14,086 nt of DNA. Origin: Octopus sinensis. Taxonomy: Eukaryota. The DNA is taken from NCBI RefSeq assembly GCF_006345805.1, contig NW_021825960.1, forward strand, positions 1-14,086, given 5' to 3'. Below the pieces are notes generated by a model. It worked only from the letters and a program-made list of their open reading frames with translations. It had not been told where the DNA came from and did no database searches. Position numbers and translations under genes: made by a program. Shown here piece after piece: positions 9,783 through 14,086 of the stretch (the stretch's first letter is position 1; every line of letters begins with the position of its first letter).

Positions 9783-10382
9783 GGCGGCAAGCTGGCAGAA
9801 ACGTTAGCACGCCGGGCGAAATGCTTAGCGGTATTTCGTCTGTCGTTACGTTGTGAGTTCAAATTCCGCCGAGGTTGACTTTGCCTTTCCTCCTTTCGGG
9901 GTCGATAAATTAGGTACCATTTACGCACTGGGGTCGATGTAATCGACTTAATACTTATGTCTGTCTTTGTTTGTCCCCTCTATGTTTAGCCCCTTGTGGG
10001 TAATAAAGAAATAGATATTTTGTCTGCCTCTACGTTCTGGGTTCAAATTCCGCCGAGGTCGACTTTGCCTTTCATCCTTTCGGGGTCGATTAAATAAGTA
10101 CCAGTTATGCAGTGGGGTCAATATAATCGACTTAATCCGTTTGTCTGTCCTTGTTTGTCCCTTCTGCGTTTAGCTCCTTGTGAGTATTAAAGAAATAGGT
10201 ATTTTGTCTGCCGCTACATTCTGCATTCAAATTCCCCCGAGGTCAACTTAGTCTTTCATCCTTTCGGGGTCGATAAAATTAAGTACCAATTACGCACTGG
10301 GGTCGATATAATCGACTTCATCCGTTTGTCTGTCTTTGTTTTCCCCTCTGTTTGTAGCCCCTTGTGGGTAGTAAAGAAATAG
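9783..10382 (+). mobile_element. SINE family A multimer: tRNA head + three tandem 184-bp body units, 10-bp TSD
   Basis: Head GGCGGCAAGCTGGCAGAAACG at 9783; B-box GTTCAAATTCC at 9857-9867; units 9830-10013, 10014-10197, 10198-10381; ATGTTCTTAA at 9773-9782 and 10383-10392. Confidence 0.95.
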
Positions 10383-11621
10383 ATGTTCTTAAAGTATGGC
10401 CTCAGATCGATCAGACTTATAATCAAAGACAAAGACATTCCAGCGGTGATCATCCACACTTGTGGTATATGCCGGTCTACATTAATCAATGTGCCTGTGT
10501 TTCAACCTAAACTTAGTTGCTGCTTTACTGGTAAGCAAGGTTTCTAGCTCCTTTATGAGCTTGAAGTTGTTCAAAGCTGTTTGTAGCTGTAGCACCGATG
10601 CGCCGATTAAGCTATGAAAAATATGTGACGTGAGGTTCAAAACGGATCTGCTGTTAATAAATGATGAAGTTCTAATTAGGAAAGGATTCTTATGCTGAAT
10701 AAGGCACACCTAAGTATAGTGAAGGTTTGATGAACTGTTCATGGTTATGTGTAGAATTACCTTGGTCTTGTTAAAATTAACAATATTATCTAATATTCAA
10801 TGGAAGATTATTCGAGAACCCCTGTTCCCTGAAAATTTGATATACAATCTTGTTGTTTCTCTGGAGGGTCATTATACCACACTCGTTCAACATCACTAAT
10901 TGATTGTTTGTCAATTGGTTAAATCTCTAGCCAACCAAATCAACTAATCGATCGTTTGTTCAATGTGCTGGTTAAACAATCAGTCTGTTGTTTGTTTGTT
11001 GAAGTCCTTTCGTCGGTTTTCGCGACTTTTTTGGTGGTGATTTGCCCTCGCGATCTGCTCTATGTCTGTCAAAGAATTTTGTCTTATACCTACGTGCCTG
11101 TGTGCATGTAGATGTGAATATTTGTTGATACACACTGTTTGTTGAATAAGTCCTTCATGACACGACAGCGAATGGTTAATCCGATATGACAATTCCGATC
11201 CGAGTGGGATTGAATTGTACTTGAAAAGTTTGAAAGATAACAGACGCAGTGGAAATATTCCATAGTAAGAAGTGCTATAAAAGGATATTCAACGAGCTTG
11301 TAAAGGGGCTACCAATGGTTATAGTTATTTTGCTCATTTCAAGAGATTTTACCGAGTGCATTTTTTTTTTTTTTGCCTGGGTTTAACTATATGTGCTGAA
11401 TATATACTATTTTCTTCTGAATCTATTATAACTATATATATGTGCGTTCTTCAACCATGTAGGGTAACATTTAAAAAGCCACTTTTTGATCCAGGAGCCC
11501 GTTCTATTCATTGCTACTTATTTTTACTAACATAGGAAGAATACATAGCGGAGTGGGCATTGGACTAATACGAACGTGTGTATAACCAAATCAAAGAATA
11601 TACTTTGTATGAGGCTGTGCA

Positions 11622-11980
11622 AATCCAGGTTCAGTTCCACTGCGTGGCACCTTGGTTAGATGTCCTCTACTATAGCCTCAGGCTGACCAAAGCCTTGTGA
11701 GTGGATTTGGTTGATGGAAACTGAAAGAAGCCTGTCATATATATATATGTAAGCATTTATGTATGTATTTGTGTGTCTGTGTTTGTCTCCCCCCTACCAC
11801 TATCACATGACAACTGACGTTAGTGTGTTTACGTCCGTGTAACTTAGCTATTCGTAAAAGAGACCGATAGAATAAGTATTAGCCTTAGAAAGAATAAGTC
11901 CTGGTATTGATTTCTTCGACTAAAGGTGGTGTTCCAGCATGGCCACAGTCAAATGACTGAAACAAGTAAATGAATAAGAG

Positions 11981-11983
<3 letters not shown>
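11622..11983 (+). mobile_element. 5'-truncated tRNA-derived SINE (family B) with internal TA/TG tract
   Basis: B-box-like AGGTTCAGTTCC followed by CORE-like GCACCTTGGTTAGATGTC; shares a segment with 2830-2890; 3' end GGTGGTGTTCCAGCATGGCCACAGTCAAATGACTGAAACAAGTAAA matches my recollection of a very abundant octopus SINE. Confidence 0.85.
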
Positions 11984-12036
<53 letters not shown>

Positions 12037-12190
12037 CATATATAAGCAACAAGGATATCCAGATGTATGCAGTACAATCGTTTCAGGCGACATCATTTCA
12101 TCACCTTATTTTGAAATGTATGGATAATACCGCACTTAATTCTGGTGCCTCAGCTCAGTAAGTACCATATTCATCTGAATGTAAATTTTT

Positions 12191-12231
<41 letters not shown>
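11984..12231. repeat. Two (TA)n tracts (about 11984-12043 and 12195-12231) around a ~150-bp non-microsatellite island
   Basis: Directly visible. Confidence 0.9.
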
Positions 12232-12234
<3 letters not shown>

Positions 12235-12237
12235 ATA

Positions 12238-12430
12238 CATTACACCAAACACGTTCTTTTCTTTCTGTTATTTGTCCTTTCACCATTTGTTTTCTTGCCT
12301 CATTCCTTTCAGTAGAAGAGCGTAGGATCGAAACGTCAAAGACCGTTCCATTTTCCTTCGCGTCAAACTAAAACACGTTGTTTGTAGATACCTTAGCAGT
12401 CTGTGTCGTTTTTTTAAAACTATTTTGAAC
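12238..12430 (+). mobile_element. ~190-bp cassette next to (TA)n with a decayed hammerhead-like motif (12306-12341)
   Basis: CUUU-CAGUAGA-A-GAGC-GUAG-GAUC-GAAA-C-GUC-AAAG: perfect stem I, GUC triplet, two core mismatches and one stem II mismatch. Downstream TTTCCT-NN-GCGTC-N-AA motif shared with the 4200-4402 cassette. Confidence 0.55.
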
Positions 12431-12889
12431 GTGCGTGAGAGAGAGAGAGAGAGGGGTTGTATGTGTGTGTATATCTATCCATACAAACACACATATATAC
12501 ACATATATACACACTCACACATACAGAAACGAGTCTAGTAATAAATTTATTTATATAAATTTTGCTTCAATTTCAAGTTCATGCGCGGCAATGTAACATT
12601 TTTGTTCACGCGTATTTGATAAGTTAAAAAGCTCAAGCATCAGTGTATAACCATAACAGTTTAATACGTATAAGAAAGTTGGTATTCAGTGCAACGTTGT
12701 AATTTTGGTTACTTTAGCTTTGTAGGTTTATGTCTCTGTGTGTTTGTTGACGTATAGAAGTGTTTTTGCACTATTTTTATGTTATCTGCGTATATCTGTT
12801 ACCAAATGTGTATGTATATATGCGCTGCTAAAATTTCCATATAATTTTCGCGTGTTTTGTGATAAACATATTCTAACATATAGGTGCGT

Positions 12890-12960
12890 GAGTTTGTGAA
12901 TATATACGTGCGTACATATAACCAGAGATACATACAAACATATGTATATATGTGTGTGTC

Positions 12961-13012
<52 letters not shown>

Positions 13013-13560
13013 CCTACATATATACACATATATATATAAAGATGCATGTATATATATATCTGTGCATATATATGTATGCATGCATGTATATGCATACGTA
13101 TGTTTACATATGCATGTGAGTGGGTTCGTGTGTGTGTCTTTCTCAGTGTGTGTGTGTGCTTGTGTGTGTGTGTGTGTGTTTCTGGATGTATGCAGTTGCA
13201 CGTGAATGTAGGTTTTACTTGAATTCATGTATGTTCCCCATGTTGCTGTATTCGTGTCTACACATACAGGCACACACACACAAACACACACATGCACAAG
13301 AGCGCACAGCAACATAGAGACACACACACACACCCAATACACACATACACATTTAATCTCTCTCTATATATATATGTGTATATATAACCACCTGCTTACC
13401 TACTTAGACATGTGTACATACGCACTTAAGTACATACAGACCCATGCATATGTGATTGTGTATATGTCTACATGTGTATGTATGTATAAGTGTATACGTG
13501 TATGTATGCATGTGTATAAGTGTATGTATGTGTATGTGTGTGGTATGTGTATGTGAGCGT
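12890..13560. repeat. Mixed (TA)n/(TG)n/(CA)n/(TATG)n low-complexity region
   Basis: Directly visible; explains the ORFs between 12782 and 13556. Confidence 0.9.
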
Positions 13561-13944
13561 GTTAAGTGTCAACCGATGCGTTTTTCCAAGAACATCTAAA
13601 TAGTTTTTTTATGAGTTGTACATTTAAGTGAGGAGTTGTGTGGTGCGTAGATGTTCAACATACATCATATCTCGCTTTTATGCGTATATTCTGTGTGTGA
13701 ATATGCATATACCTAAGAATGAGTGTATCATAATGTATACACAAGTATGTATGTTTGTATATATTTCGATATATTAGGTAGTGAAGTAGTTACACATGTC
13801 AAAATTGAAAAAGGATTTACGGATTCTATCTATTATAAATATCAGTGAAACCAGAGATCTGCCCTTGCTAATAGCACATTCATATAAAGACCTCTGCCTT
13901 GTGGCTTCCTGATTGGGCCTAAATTTTTAATATCAGTTCTCACG

Positions 13945-14006
13945 TACTCACACATACACATACATACAGGCATACCCATGTGTACATATGTATACACACA
14001 CATAGA

Positions 14007-14054
<48 letters not shown>

Positions 14055-14086
14055 TACATAGATATACATGCATATATATACACGTT
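13945..14086. repeat. (CA)n/(TACA)n/(TA)n tract
   Basis: Directly visible. Confidence 0.9.

Noticed and set aside
9783-9870. tRNA gene calls for SINE heads (also 2710-2797 and 9520-9590)
   Set aside because: A/B boxes are present but there is no closed cloverleaf, and each continues into a SINE body.
10383-10536. Possible exon MFLKYGLRSIRLII...CCFT ending at donor GTAAGC (10531)
   Set aside because: It starts inside the SINE TSD, has no polypyrimidine acceptor and no recognisable domain; part of it resembles a remembered repeat tail.
11276-11283. TATAAAAG TATA-box match
   Set aside because: Expected by chance in AT-rich DNA; no downstream gene evidence.
12062-12163. Possible exon ending at a perfect GTAAGT donor (12158)
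   Set aside because: Weak acceptor, unrecognisable peptide, and similarity to 5190-5300 points to a repeat origin; spliced RNA-seq reads would be needed.
805-14069. ORF-track entries rich in YI/CV/HT repeats (e.g. 805..1077, 4589..5083, 12782..13342)
   Set aside because: Translations of (TA)n/(TG)n/(CA)n tracts, which lack stop codons.

Overview
AT-rich, microsatellite-dense eukaryotic non-coding DNA with no intact protein-coding gene and no convincing host exon. The SINE sequences match what I recall from Octopus genomes (recall, not a database result). Contents: a full-length but degenerate Tc1/mariner (TIRs + TA TSD, 7623-8871); an L1/Tx1-like RT fragment; a LINE endonuclease fragment; several tRNA-derived SINEs, including a head+3x184-bp multimer bracketed by one 10-bp TSD; a 34-bp minisatellite resembling an amplified SINE-internal segment; two long fold-back inverted repeats that each end in (TA)n; and two ~200-bp cassettes next to (TA)n tracts carrying minimal hammerhead-ribozyme motifs (one well formed, one decayed). 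Most ORF-track entries are microsatellite artefacts.
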